Shown: in pieces, positions 51,160 to 64,000 of the stretch | How positions within the stretch are numbered: the stretch's first letter is position 1 | How the letters are laid out: every line of letters begins with the position of its first letter | Assembly: GCA_951406725.2 (NCBI GenBank) | Contig: OX597833.1 | Coordinates: 33,790,001 to 33,854,000, forward strand | DNA length: 64,000 nt | DNA from: Octopus vulgaris | Lineage: Eukaryota | Direction of reading: 5' to 3' | Notes under the pieces: generated by a model | What the model was told of the DNA's origin: nothing | Databases searched by the model: none | The model's input: only the letters and a program-made list of their open reading frames with translations | Position numbers and translations under genes: made by a program

Positions 51160-53600
51160 AGGGGAACATCACAAGGACAGTCAATTTGTCTGGGCTTTAC
51201 ATAAAAGATGAGGAGAAAGTAATAGGAAAGACGGTGAAATGCGATAAAAATATACAAAGTATAGGATATCATGAATGATGCAGTCCTCCCGAAATGGGAG
51301 AAACTCCAACTAGGGTCAATCAAGTAACCCTAAAGATCCGGGATTGCCCTGACCATCAAAGGCATGAGTCCTTGCCCAAATGTTGTTCTTCAATCTACAG
51401 ATCTATGCTAACCATTTTTACCAGTCACTCATCTTTTCACAAATTCACTGAGAGGTAGTACATCCCTCTCCACTCTCACTTTCCTTTCCTTCCCAAGTGA
51501 AACTTAAAACTGTGGATGGGCGGTTGACCGAAAAAGGAAGCTATCCTTTCAGCATCACCTCTTTCGCCATAGAGACTAGGTAGAGGAACACCGCCTATCC
51601 TGTTTTTTTAAAGGTGGGTGGTGAGGCGACCCCTCATGATGGATTCTGCCAATAGTCAGATTCGTTCTGCACACAGCTGTTCGACATAACTCTACAAGTC
51701 AGCAATGCCCGGAAATTGAACAAGTACATACAATACACTTTCGTCGCTCTGCGTGCATCTCGAACAGTCCTGTGCCTGTGGAGTTTATATCGAGTTAGCA
51801 CTGTTCCTCGGTAGCACTGCCAGGCCTGAGATTTCTGGAAATTATCCATAAAAGTACTTGGCCTTAAAGTCCTCCGAAACAAATCAGGTTGTTGATCCTC
51901 GTCGACGCCTAGACTTTCCCCGAGAACGTCATCGCTAGATTTCTATATGTATTGCTAACATAAAACTTCCACCGACCGTATAGCGCGACTGGTAGAGAAC
52001 AGTGAGCGCGCGATGACATTCCAGGTGCCAGACACCTAATCTTGGTCTTTCCTTGACCCAGGACTACAGCTACTGAAAGGCGTGTCTTACAAAAGGGGTT
52101 CACACCGGCTCACTGTCCGGGAAAATCTGTAAGTAGCGTAGCTGCATCTCGTGTCTACACTTTAGCTGCCATGGCAGGCCAAACCTGGACGCTGGCAACA
52201 GATGGACCAGTGGAACGCGTCCTTCCCACAGAGTACGGAAAATTAAACGCTCCCGTCTAACCATAGGTGGACTGAGGAAATGTAAGAATTCGTCACCTCT
52301 ACTCGAACTTTCAGAGATAGTTTCTGTTCAGTGAGACTTATCACCTTGTTTGTAACCTCATCTCAGTTGTTGTCCATCTGGAGGTCTGAACCAAACCAGA
52401 CCTCGAGCAATTTCACCGGCCCGTCTGTCCATCAACCTACTATGCTGTTCGTTGGCATAAACTTGCCTCCGAAGGCGCTGAACTGCAAGTCTACCGACAT
52501 GTTCCGATTTTTCTTTGCTTCTGCCATCACCTCGTTTGCCTTTAAGAAGGAATCGACTACCTGAACCCCGCGGTATCTGACACCATTACGGCAATGTCAA
52601 CCGCATATATTAACACAACTCTCCTACATCCCTGTTCGAAAGGGATGCCCCGCAAGAGTTTTAGCTTTCGCAGCAAAGGATCGAGTGCCAGAACGTAATG
52701 AAGAAATGAGAGAGGACAGCCATGACGTACCCACGCTACTGCATTGCTGCGATCCAGCCACTGAAATCAGGTCCGAAACCGGTTTAGAATTGCTCCGAAA
52801 AACATAGTCGACCTTATCGAAGGCTTTTGACTGATTCAGATTGATTGGAGCCCCACCGATGTCAGATTTGTTACCTTTTGTTAGTATTTAGTTGTATATT
52901 TCTTTGACGAATTTGTTTTTGTTGGTGTTACAGGTGTTAGGGAAGTCTGAAGATGTAACGCATGAGGTGGAAGTTATCATAGATGGATCTATTGATGATC
53001 GCACACGTATTTCTCCGACTAAACTATCTACAAGTACCAACGTCTTTGTCAATACCTTGGCCAAAATTTTAAATTCTGTGATATCCCCTTTAACACACCC
53101 GACTCACAAAACTGGGAGTTCTCCTGTATTGCTGCCAGTTGTAATAGATATTTGCCAAGAGCTCGTCAAACAACTCAGGCACGTAACCATAAAACTCATA
53201 ACGGCAGACCATCCAAAACGGGCGATTTGGTCTGTGTACGATACTTTTCGTATCTCAGTTGCTGTTAGTGACCTTTCGCAGTGCTTTCTCTCTTCTTCTG
53301 AGAGTCGCGGCAGGCCGTCGAGGTAAGCACTAAAATCTCTGAAGAGTTGAGCAAAGTGCTGCAGGAAAGCTGCATACGTTTGCTTTGAACAGTGTAGTAC
53401 GCACCCATCCTGATCTGCCAAATACTGATATGTGGCTTTGTTTCCACACCGCTCCTCTACCGTCCGAGCCCGTCGTGTGGCTTTCACTCCTCGATTTAAT
53501 GCACGAGCTCTAGCCCTGACAACATAGCCTTCGTGTTTCGCATTGATGAAATGGTTGAGAGACATTCTTGTCGCAAGTGCGATTTCTAATCGCCTCTTCA
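51160..53600 (-). mobile_element. Decayed Tx1/L1-clade LINE ORF2
   Basis: GYVVRARARAL, YLDGLPRLSEEE, TEFKILAKVL, INLNQSKAFDKVD remnants; many frameshifts. Confidence 0.75.
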
Positions 53601-54089
53601 AGTTTACAAATTGGATCCTTGTCTAATCTATTTCTCTTTATCACTAGATCATTACTAAATGCTATTGACTCATATTTAATAGCTTTCTTCAGACTTCCCT
53701 AACACTTATTGTGGACTATTGCCCTACAAAAACCAATTCATCAAAAAAATATACAACTAAGTACTAACAATCAGATTCATTGCGATCAATAACTCTCTAT
53801 TCGAGTGGCCTGCGGTGTCCCAAAATACACTCGGAAAATTTCAGCAGATAATGTTAAGTTCAGCATAGCTTGAAAAAGTACTGGCTGAACCTATCAAGGT
53901 TATCTCAGTTAAATCCAGACACACACGCACATACACGTACACATACAGAGAGAGAGAGAGAGAGAGGGAGGGAGAGAGTGTGTGTGTGTGTGTATGTATG
54001 AGAGAGTGAGAGTATGTGCATCTCTATTTGCTCAAAAAGGGTGAGTGTCCATACTTAAAACGTGCAACATACGCAGGAAAATGATGTCC

Positions 54090-54129
<40 letters not shown>

Positions 54130-54806
54130 ATATATATATATATATATACATACATACATACATACATACATACATACATACATGCATACACACACATATA
54201 TATATACATATATATATATGCACACACACACATATATATATATATACATACATACATACATACATGCATGCATGCATACATACATACATACATACATACA
54301 TACATACATACATACATACATACATACATACATGCATACATATTCATACAGACGTACATACGTATATATTCATACAGACGTACATATTCATGGAAACACA
54401 CGCATAGGAAGAGAGAGTGAGAGAGAAAAAAGAAAGAGGAAAAAAGAAACAATCCAGATGTGTGACAGGTGGCGTTTACACAATTTTCCATAATCCAATC
54501 TTATGCTGTAAATTTTACTGAAATCTCTACAAATGTCTTCTGCATCGATCGCTGCTTAGCTTCAAATCAAACCTGACAGAGCAAAATTTTAATCAAAGAT
54601 ATTTCACCCTAGTCCTTTCCGTCGTTTTCTCAATCATTGTATGTTGTATCCTGCTTTATTTAAACCGGTAAATTGAAGTAGGTTTGGTAACAATTTCTAG
54701 TGGGTCGAGCGATTGCTTAGAGGTTCTCAAGTTGGCTTTTGCTTTGCTCGTTTAGATCTCGAATAAACCTGAGTAATGAATTCATAAAATAATATTTATT
54801 CGCATA

Positions 54807-54883
<77 letters not shown>

Positions 54884-55038
54884 AATGGTGTGTGTGCGTA
54901 TGTGTGTGTGTGTATGTGTGGTTTGTCTGTGTTTGAGTGCATGTGGTTTGATAGAAATCATTTGTAATTTTATATAGAAATCACAGGTCATAGATAGATA
55001 GATAGATAGATAGATAGTTCAAATTTATTATGTAGTCA

Positions 55039-55295
55039 TTGGTTATGGTTGGTCATAAAGTTACTATTGATTTCCTGTCTATTATTGCACTTAACAATAT
55101 ACGCTACTCATCAGAACTATTAGCTGGAGGCACATAACCGCTTTAAAAATGAAGATCACCACCGAGCTGGACAAGACTGTGCTTTTACCTCTATTAGTAA
55201 AGAGATTATGGACTCCTGCTAGTAGGAGTCGCCTATATTGCTAAGTGCAATATAAATGTGAAATCAATGGTAACTTTCTGACCTGCTATAACCAA
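55039..55295. repeat. Imperfect inverted repeat (~70-bp arms), MITE-like
   Basis: TTGGTTATGGTTGGTCATAAAGTTACTATTGATTTC... pairs with ...GAAATCAATGGTAACTTTCTGACCTGCTATAACCAA. Confidence 0.75.
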
Positions 55296-55594
55296 CTACT
55301 ACCTGAAATATAACAACTCAAAAACTTTGAGTGTATGCTTTTTTTCGGATTTATAGACCACTGTCCAATATATATCCATATAAAAATTAAGGTTTAAAAA
55401 TGAGACATTAAAATGCAGTGCACAAGCTTTGTTTCGGGTAAGTCTCAGGTAGTGTGCCTGCAGAGTACGTTCACCATTTATGGCTATCAGGCGTAATCCG
55501 CGTTACTGCACTTTCGTGGCTGGATCTATTTCAGGAATTTCTAGGTGCACGTTGGGTATATTTTAAATGATTGATACGGAAGACGGAGTGTAAC

Positions 55595-58500
55595 TAGAAG
55601 CTTTATTTAGCACAACAATCGTTTCGGTTGCCTTCTTCTCGGCTCTGTAGTGGGTGAGGAACGATGTAGTGGCATCGGATGCATTGCACAGTGCAGGGAG
55701 CCTCGTCAGGTGACATAACAGGCTTCAAAATTTATAAGATTTATATTTCGCAGGATCTTTCTTAGAACGAAATGTGAATCTTATAACTTTTGAAGCATGT
55801 TACGTCACCTGATATGGCCCCCTGCACTGTGCGAAGCATCTGATATCATTACAGCGTTCCCCAGTCACTAGGAAACGATGCAGAAAGCAGACGAATAAGG
55901 CTTCTGGTTTATTTTCTAACTTTTGGTTTTAGTGATAAATATTCTTTTATCATTGTTTATTATGTGGAGTGTTGGCTTTTTACAGTTTAATTTCGGATTT
56001 AGAAATTTTATAAAGTATTTTTCTTTGGCCTTTCGTAGTTGTACATCGTTTATTTTGTAAAATGGGAATATTTTAAATTTTCCATTTGCACAGATACCTA
56101 GATGTTCACTACATGGGACATTCCTAAGAGATGAATCTCTAATTTGTTGTTTATGCACATTTACACAGCTGGTGAGTTTCCTTCCTTATCCCAAATGTAG
56201 TTTTCATTGCACTGTGGGCATGCAATGCAGAAGATGAGTTTTTTTGTTTTGAAATTCATGTTTGCACTCACTTTTAACTCCTTCCCATTCTTGAGTCTTT
56301 TGGTTGTCCCTTGCTCAATTAGTTTGCATGTCCCACAATGGGGGTCTCCACAATTGGTTACTTGCATCGTTCAAATCTGAATGTCGCCTTTGTTAGGAGT
56401 CACTTGAGGTTAGGTGGTTGTTTTCGACTGTTGATAATTTGTGGTTTTTTAATTATTCGTTGGAGATTTGGTGATTGATGTAGAATTGGGAGGTACCGTT
56501 TGGTTGAGTGCAGGATGTTGTGGTTTCTAGGATTGTGGGTGACTGCAAACGGAATATTTGTATTTTTATTTTTATACTTTGCCTGGCTGTTTCTCCGCAA
56601 AGTAGAGATCGGAATTTCCTTTGCTTTTGTTATGGCATGCTGAATTAACTTGTTGGGATATTTTTGCTTCCGAAGGAATGTATTAAGTTCTGCCAGTCCT
56701 TTCTCTCGTTTAACCGTATCTGTGACTATTGAGCATATGCACCTTGCGAAATTAAATGGTATGTTTCTTTTTTTATGGGAAGGGTGGCAAGGTCTAAAAT
56801 CTAAATATTGGTGTGTGTTTGTGTTTTTGTAGTAGAGGTCAGTTGTAACTGTCTCATTTTGTATAATCATCAGAATATCCATAAAAAGGAGTTCCTTTTC
56901 ATTCATTTCCGCAGTGAATTGGATTAAGACATAAATGCTATTTATTAATTCAAGAAATTTTGTAAGGTCCTTATTTCGGTTCCAAAATATAAAGCAGTCA
57001 TCTAAGAATGTTTTCCAGTTTACTATAAGTTTGGAAGTGGTGGTCAAAAGTAGTTCTTGATAGGTGTAGATTTTTTCTTCTCGATATCCCATTACTAGTG
57101 TGGAAAATGTTGGTGCGACTTTCTTTCCAATCGCAGTGTCTTGTATTTGTAGATAATACTGATTATCAAAAAAAAGCAGTTGCATTCCAGTACAATCTGT
57201 AAACCTTCGAGTATAAATTATCTCCTGAATTCTTTGTGGGTGTTTGTTTATCCAGAATTCTACTGCTTCTAATATGTGAGGAATATGTGTAGAGACTAGT
57301 TACGTCAAAGCTAGCTCGTACTATCTCTTTATCTACCCATTCTGAGATATAGTTTACGAAGTTCATGTCATTTTTTGATGAAACTGGGAACTAATCTGCA
57401 TAAATGTTTTAAAATTATGTCCAGCAAGTTGCTTAATTTTTGAGTGCTAGATGCTGGTCCTGCAACAATCGAACACAATTTGGGACCAGTTGGTTTGGGA
57501 ATTTCTATATATGGAGTATGAAGGTCTTTTAAGCTGTTGTTGATCTGTTTGGATTTATGGATTTTAGGAAGTACATGAAAATTACTTGTTTTCACTTTAA
57601 AATTGGTGAGGTAATCCAACTCCTTTTTTGTTAAATCGTCCTTGAATTTGTTGGTAAATTTGCCAATTTTTGTCATAGTTCGTTTATCAGCATCGCTAAC
57701 AAATTTACTGTAGAATTACTGGTCATTGAGTTGTTCTAAGACCATTTCCCTGTAATGGGTCTTATCCAGTATTACAATGGATCTTCCTTTGTCGGCTTCT
57801 TTAATGATTATGGATGAGTCTTTTTGCACATATTGTAATGCTCTTTGTTCCTCATCTGTAACATTTGGTTTTAAAGGTTTTGATGGAATGCTTGTGTTCG
57901 CAGACCTTTTCAGACATATTATATACTCCCCCTGGTGTTTGTTTCTGTTAATAGGAGGTTTAAAAACCTGTTTTGTTTTGCACAAGAGATGAATCATCGT
58001 TGTGATTGTTTTGAAAATTCTCGTAGGCGAGGTTTTCTGCAAAATTCCTCGGTATCTTTTATAAGGTTTGTTGCGTTGGATTTAGGAGTTGGTGTGAATT
58101 TTAGACCATATTGGTCTAAAATTTTTATTTCACTTTCCATAAGATTCCGTTGTGAGAGGTTGATTATTTTTGGGTCAGTTGGTCAAATATTTTCTTGACC
58201 CTTTGTATAATTAATGATTTCTTTCGCTTTCGTTTAGAGATCTTGTTCCCTAAAAAAATGGAGTGAGTCATTGGTACCTTGTCTCTCAGTCATTCCATTA
58301 TGTTGGAAGGGATTTTCCCGGTTGTTGTGCCATCTATCTTGGTATTTTGGTCTGTTTTTTTAGGATTGTTATGTTTTTAAGAAGTTTGTTTGTGTTCTTA
58401 CCGGCGTTGTTTTTTCATTTGTTTTTCCTATGTTGACGTCAACAATTTTTTGATTGTTGGGGCTTCGTGTTTGAAATAAAAAAGTAATTGTCACCCTTTG

Positions 58501-58890
58501 ATTGTTTTTCGATTTGATGGGAAATTGGTATGGACGAGGTTATGTTTCTTTTTGTTGTTGTTATTGTAAACAAAGTATGTCTCTTCATGAATTTGTACTT
58601 TATTATACGTTTTCATTATTTCTGTTCCGTAATTGTATTCGAAGTTTTGCAACCATCGAGTTTTCAACTCAAGTGCTTTATTTGATTTGGCTTCTTGCAT
58701 CTCTATGTCTTTTTTTTCCATAAGTCCAGTAGTTTTTCACGTAATTTTCCGTTGGTTTGTTCGGAGATTTCTTTTTGTATTAAGGTGTCATATTTCCCGA
58801 ATTTCTCTTTAATGCGAAACTTTAGAATGTTAATCTGTTTCGAATTTTTGGTGTGCAAGATTTATTTTGATTTTCGTTTCTTCATTTGGT
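55595..58890 (-). mobile_element. Near full-length decayed Penelope-like element (RT, Cys linker, GIY-YIG; Neptune-like)
   Basis: IIIKEADKG, FHVLPKIHKS, SFDVTSLYT, GKKVAP, FLDD, LYYKNTNTHQYL, CGDPHCGTC, LIFCIACPQCNENYI, KEKYFIKFLNPKLN across frameshifted ORFs 58042 to 55916. Confidence 0.92.
55611..55712 (-). ncRNA. Type I hammerhead with ~75-nt stem II insert in the PLE 3' UTR
   Basis: CAC-CUGACGA-GG...CC-GAAAC-GAUU-GUU-GUG, then AATAAA. Confidence 0.6.
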
Positions 58891-58915
58891 TTATGTATGT
58901 ATGTATGTATGTATG

Positions 58916-58946
<31 letters not shown>

Positions 58947-59069
58947 CAGTTTATTAGAATTAAAGCTGAGAGTTTGTCTCGCAACTCGAATTTTCGAGTT
59001 TCACGCCAGTGCAATCGTCTGCAACATGTATTGAGCAATCCTTTCTCATTCGTTCAGCATTAACAACTT

Positions 59070-59157
<88 letters not shown>

Positions 59158-59442
59158 CTGTGTCTGTGTGTGTGTATCTGTGTCTGTGTGTGTGTATGTG
59201 TCTGTAGATTGTTCGAAGTTGTGTACAGATTTCATGTATTTAGTAAAAGGAGGTAGTCAGAATTTTGGATATTTATTTAGTGTTTTCGTGAAGGACGATC
59301 CTTTATCAGAAAGTTTATGCATTTTACATACATGAGTGTTAGCAGAAAAAAATTGGAGTTGAATGGGGAAGAGAATGTTCTTTTGTGATCTACATATGTG
59401 TGCATATATATATGTACGTGCATATACGTGTGTGTGCGCGCA

Positions 59443-59866
59443 GTGTATGTATGAGTGTGGTGAATATTTAGAGGCTTGGTTAAAGGGAGAAACAGAAAAA
59501 AGAAAGAAAGAAAGAACGAAAGAAAGAAGTGGTCTCACTTCTGGGATTGTTGATATTGTATTGTATTCTTATGATCAATCGCTACACAGCTGTTGTAGTT
59601 AATGACAGTTTAAAATGTCAATCTTGTTTTAGTTACTGTTTTCAAAGCATCTCTCTTTTTCTCTCTGTGCATGCAAGTGTGTATGTGTGGTGAATTTTTG
59701 GGGGTTTGGTTAGAGGGAAAATGTAAAAATGAAAGAAAGAAAGAAAGAAAGACAAATGGGTCGCTCTTCTGGGATTGTTGAAATTGTATTGTATTCATAT
59801 GGTCAGTTGCTACACAGCTGTTGAAGATGTCAATCTTCTTTTAGTCATTATTTTGAAGGCATCTCT
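59443..59866. repeat. Diverged tandem duplication (~200-bp unit)
   Basis: GTGTGGTGAAT...CTTCTGGGATTGTTGA...GCTACACAGCTGTTG...GCATCTCT occurs twice. Confidence 0.85.
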
Positions 59867-60176
59867 TCTTCTTCTCTCTCTCTCTCTTTCTCCCTCTCTC
59901 TTTCTCCCTCTCTCTTTCTCCCTCTCTCTTTCTCCCTCTCTCTTTCTCTCTTCTCTTTCTCTCCTTTTTCTCTCATAATATACATATTAATATTATTTAA
60001 ATATACGCATAGATATATTCATATGTACACACAATACTTACAATATATAATGCATATATATATATATATACATACGCACACACATCCATCCACCCATCCA
60101 AATATGCCTATATATTACATGTAGACATTTTATACGTATATATATATATGCCTATGTAGATACGTATATATATATA

Positions 60177-60229
<53 letters not shown>

Positions 60230-60508
60230 GTATGTATGTGTATATATATACACATCTGTATGTGTGTGTGTATAAATATATATGTATATAATTTAATAGA
60301 CACAATGCATGGTTTTGTGTGCTACTTGTGCTGGGTTGTACCTGATGACTGTACCGAGATGTCAGACGGATTATGATACATTGTTTGGCATGTTCTCAGC
60401 ACAAGAAACTGCTTGTATCACATAAAAACATGTATTGTGTCTATCAAATAACATTTATCTCTCACCAGATGGAGTACATTTTGTTGATCTTACCATCATT
60501 GAACAATA

Positions 60509-60617
<109 letters not shown>

Positions 60618-61062
60618 TGTTATATTGTATATCATCAAGATATTTTGAGTGTTAATCGAGGATTGCTAAATTCATTCATAATAGATTTAAACAAGTATGG
60701 ATGCAGTCGCGATTATAAAATATGAAATAAATTCAAAAGTTCCAAATTGGATTTAAAATGTAAGCATACACTCGCTAAACTGTCGATTAATCTCACACAA
60801 AAATGATACGCTTGAAAAGGATCAAAAGTGAGTATTCAAGTACTCGAATTTGATTATCTCACTCATAAATCATGTGTAACTTAACCAAAATTTCCGCAAA
60901 AGTTAGCTTGGTACAGTACTTGTATGAGTTAACTATGTAAAATAATGTCCATAACTTGTTCAATTTCAGTGAGCATCCATGTATATTATCCTTGCTTTAT
61001 ATATTGGTCAATATATATATTTTTTCTCTCCTTTTTTTCTCTCCTTGTTTCTTTTCTGTGTA

Positions 61063-61100
61063 TCTTTCTGTCGAAGAGCGTAGGCTCGAAACGTAAAAGA
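61063..61100 (+). ncRNA. Minimal hammerhead variant (38 nt)
   Basis: UCUUU-CUGUCGAA-GAGC-GUAG-GCUC-GAAAC-GUA-AAAGA; perfect stems I and II, ACGU palindrome; atypical CUGUCGAA strand. Confidence 0.68.
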
Positions 61101-61201
61101 CTTGTTTTATTTCTATTCCTGAGCGCCATACTAATACAATTGTTTGTTTGTACTCCACCTGCCTTCGTCTTTTGTTTATTTTCGTAAACCTTCCCGTTAT
61201 A

Positions 61202-61239
<38 letters not shown>

Positions 61240-61241
<2 letters not shown>

Positions 61242-62110
61242 TCCCTTAGGCATTTGTAGAAGGGAAAGATCTTGAATTTGCTGTCTCCACATATTTCGAG
61301 ATGTTTACTCAGTGGAATCTTGCGTAATTCTTTTAGTCTAATGTGTTTTTGTTGATTTGGATTCTTGCACGTTGGCAAAGGGAATTGTTTGTTCACCAAT
61401 ATAATTTTCCTTGCATTTGGGGCAGGTTATACAGTATATGAGAATTTGTATCTTGCAGTTCATATCTGCATTTACTTGGAAGGAGAATCCACTTTAAAAT
61501 TTTATATGGGAACCAGTGCCCAAATAGTTAAAGTTGCAGTTGTTATTGTTGTCGCCGTCGTCATTGTTGTTGTTGTTGCTACATGTTCAACATTTATTAT
61601 CTACACTGTTCTTCAAAGAGAATTCTGAATTATCCTCTGATGTGAAATTTTACCCTCGTGAGATGTTTTTTAAGATTTTTTAGTTGACATTTACATATTT
61701 CGTATGTTTTCATCCACCAGAGTTTTCATTTTGGGGATTTGTAAGAGAATTGGTAGGTTTATTTGTATAGTAAAAGAATTTGTAGGTTCATTTTTATGTT
61801 AATCACTCCTGGATTATGTGTACTGTTAAATGGAATAATATTTTCTTTAAATGTTTTCTTAGGCGCCATCAATTGCATGCTATCTAGATTCATTAATTAA
61901 ATTTTAAGGGGTAATACTCTTTTTCATTTTTTCTGGGTTTTTTTTAGTTCATTGAGTCGAATTTGACAGATGAGGTTAAGTAAAAAGTAAGCAGCGTTTT
62001 GAACCACGAAAAAAGTTTACAGGATTTTTGTAGAGTTTTGAATTTTTTAAGCAATAATTTTTTTTTCTTTTGTAATTGTCTGATAATACAGACATAGACT
62101 AACCCAAATG
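61240..62110 (-). pseudogene. Second decayed Penelope-like GIY-YIG region
   Basis: LRKIPLSKHLEICGDSKFKIFPFYKC parallels VPCSEHLGICANGKFKIFPFYKI at ~56100. Confidence 0.75.
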
Positions 62111-62146
62111 CATCAATAAATTAACATTGATATTTTTTCACTATAA

Positions 62147-62245
62147 ATGAAACAGTCAAAGCGCGATATTTGAACAATTTTGCTATTCAACTTCAAAAAG
62201 GGACGCAAAGCAGCTGAAACTGCTCGCGTATCAGCGAAACGCCCG
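62147..62245 (+). pseudogene. Mariner (Mos1-like) N-terminal HTH fragment
   Basis: MKQSKRDI*TILLFNFKKGRKAAETAR. Confidence 0.6.
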
Positions 62246-62419
62246 AGTCGAACCCTAATTTTGCTGTGTTGGATTGATTTTTGTGCTTTGTTGGATTGCG
62301 TTATTGTGTTGAGGAAAGGTGGTTGAAGTTTGTTAAAGTTTGTTTTGTTGTTGAACTGTTTATTAATTGTTTGTGGAATAATTGTTGTTTTACCTCCGTG
62401 CGGTGTGGCCTTCATTGTG

Positions 62420-63450
62420 GCTTGTGTGGAAGGGCCAAGAGGAGAGGGGAGGGGGTGCATGGTCGGGGAGGAGGAGGAGAAAGTGGATGAGGGGCATCTG
62501 AGTGATTCTGTCGAGGAGTGCTCAATGTTGGGAAGGGAAGTGCCAGCTGCAGCGAGGAGGAGAATGGAAGCTCCAAGTACGCTAGCGGGGAAAGGAGCTG
62601 AGGAGAGGGAGGAGGCTCGACTTCGTCGCAGTCGCAGGAGTGAGGATTGAAGGAGTTGATCTGAATAATGTTGATCAACACAGGAAGGTAGTGTCAAGAA
62701 AGGGGCACGAAATTGAGGTGGCCCCTCCAGGGGGTATTCTGGAGGATGTTGAAGGAAAGACTTTGATATGCAGGACGTGTAGGGTGAGGAAGGGGAGGGT
62801 CGAATGTGTAACTGAGGCAGAGATTAAAGATTGCGTGGTGCCAATGTGGCACAAGGTAGAGTGTATTGCGGGGGAAGGAGGTGTGGGACGGTGGAGATTA
62901 GAATGGAGTCCGAAGAGGAAGCTCGACTCCATTTTGTCGACCCATTGAAGACAGAAGTGGTTCTTTTGCCCATGTACATGGGTGGAGTAGCGTCCGGAAT
63001 TACTGTGAGTAGCATTCCCATTGTGGTGGACGCTGAGTGGCTCGTCACGGCTGTAACCATGGGCCTGGAGGAAAGAATCACTGTGCTGCAGGCCGAGGTG
63101 ATGGATTCACGTAACTGGTACGGCCGGAGCATTGGGTTGATTATACAAGCGAAACGGACCACACTGGAAGAAGTCAGCGAGGTCTTCGAGGTTGGTGGGA
63201 CCCGACTGGTGGTTGCAGTAGAGGGTCGCCGGTCTGTATGCTTCTAGTGTGGAAAAAAAGGCCACCTCAGGGTGGACTATAAAAGCAAGGAGACTGAAGA
63301 AAAAGGAGGAAGAAGAGAAGGAACAAGTGGTGGTTGAACCTATTTCACAGGAGAATCGAACGCCAATGCCAGAAAAAGGGGAGGAGTGGTCAATTGTTCA
63401 GAAACAAGAGGAAAATAAAACGACTCTCCCCAGAAAAAGATAAAGATAAA
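62420..63450 (+). pseudogene. Decayed LINE ORF1 (Tx1-like) with CCHC knuckle
   Basis: GTRLVVAVEGRRSVCF*CGKKGHLRVDY; frameshifted. Confidence 0.6.
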
Positions 63451-64000
63451 ACAGAGACTCGTATAATCAAAAAAGCAAAAAAACTCGAGAAAAAAAGATG
63501 GGGATAGTTGCTATATGGCGGTACGCGTCTCGAATAGAGACCTGGTGAACCGCCTGATAACATTACACTTGGGAAAAATAGCGAGTGAAAACAAGAAAGA
63601 AGGAATAGAATTTTTTAAAACAACAACCAAAATTCATAAGATACTAACGAAAGACTATAGGAAAGATGTAGGCTGACCCAGGCTGGGTGTTACCACAACT
63701 ATATATGGGGACCTCATTGTTCCGACACCACCATCCGGGGAGAAAGAAGAGGAGGCAGCCCCCCCCCCCCGCCGCCTCCAGACACCGATTAAAACGGTAA
63801 GTTGTTTTTTTTGCTATGGCTGTTCACTTAGGATGCATAAATTTGCGTAGCTTGGCGTCGAGCTGGAAACAAGGACATTTCCTAAATGACGTCAGGTCAC
63901 AATGTTTAGATGTTATTGTTACTACTGAAACTCGGTTAAAAGGGCCAAGAGATCTGCTCCCGCTCCTGAAAGGCTACGAGAAATTCATTTCTCCAGGTCG

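Overview
Eukaryotic, AT-rich, repeat-dominated DNA; the SINE, microsatellite and LINE landscape matches what I recall of octopus (coleoid cephalopod) genomes, which is an inference. No host protein-coding gene is supportable, and most ORF-track entries are microsatellite translations. Recognisable elements: two tRNA-derived SINE families, a near-complete mariner (42780-44071) nested in a decayed hAT, a CR1-type LINE inside a Tc1/maT remnant, several Dong/R4-like LINEs in (TAA)n, Tx1/L1 remnants, a deleted Gypsy with LTR, tRNA-Leu PBS and open integrase, and many Penelope-like element (PLE) fragments, including a near full-length decayed copy (55595-58890). The most interesting signal is non-coding. 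About a dozen short PLE-type terminal modules sit in or next to (TA)n tracts, often as long fold-back hairpins, and carry hammerhead-ribozyme cores. These include canonical minimal type I motifs, three C3U:G8A compensated cores and long-stem-II forms. Two diverged copies (16512-16654 minus, 17801-17933 plus) carry the three hammerhead strands in reversed, pseudoknotted order, matching none of types I/II/III. All structures were paired by eye; none was computed or tested.
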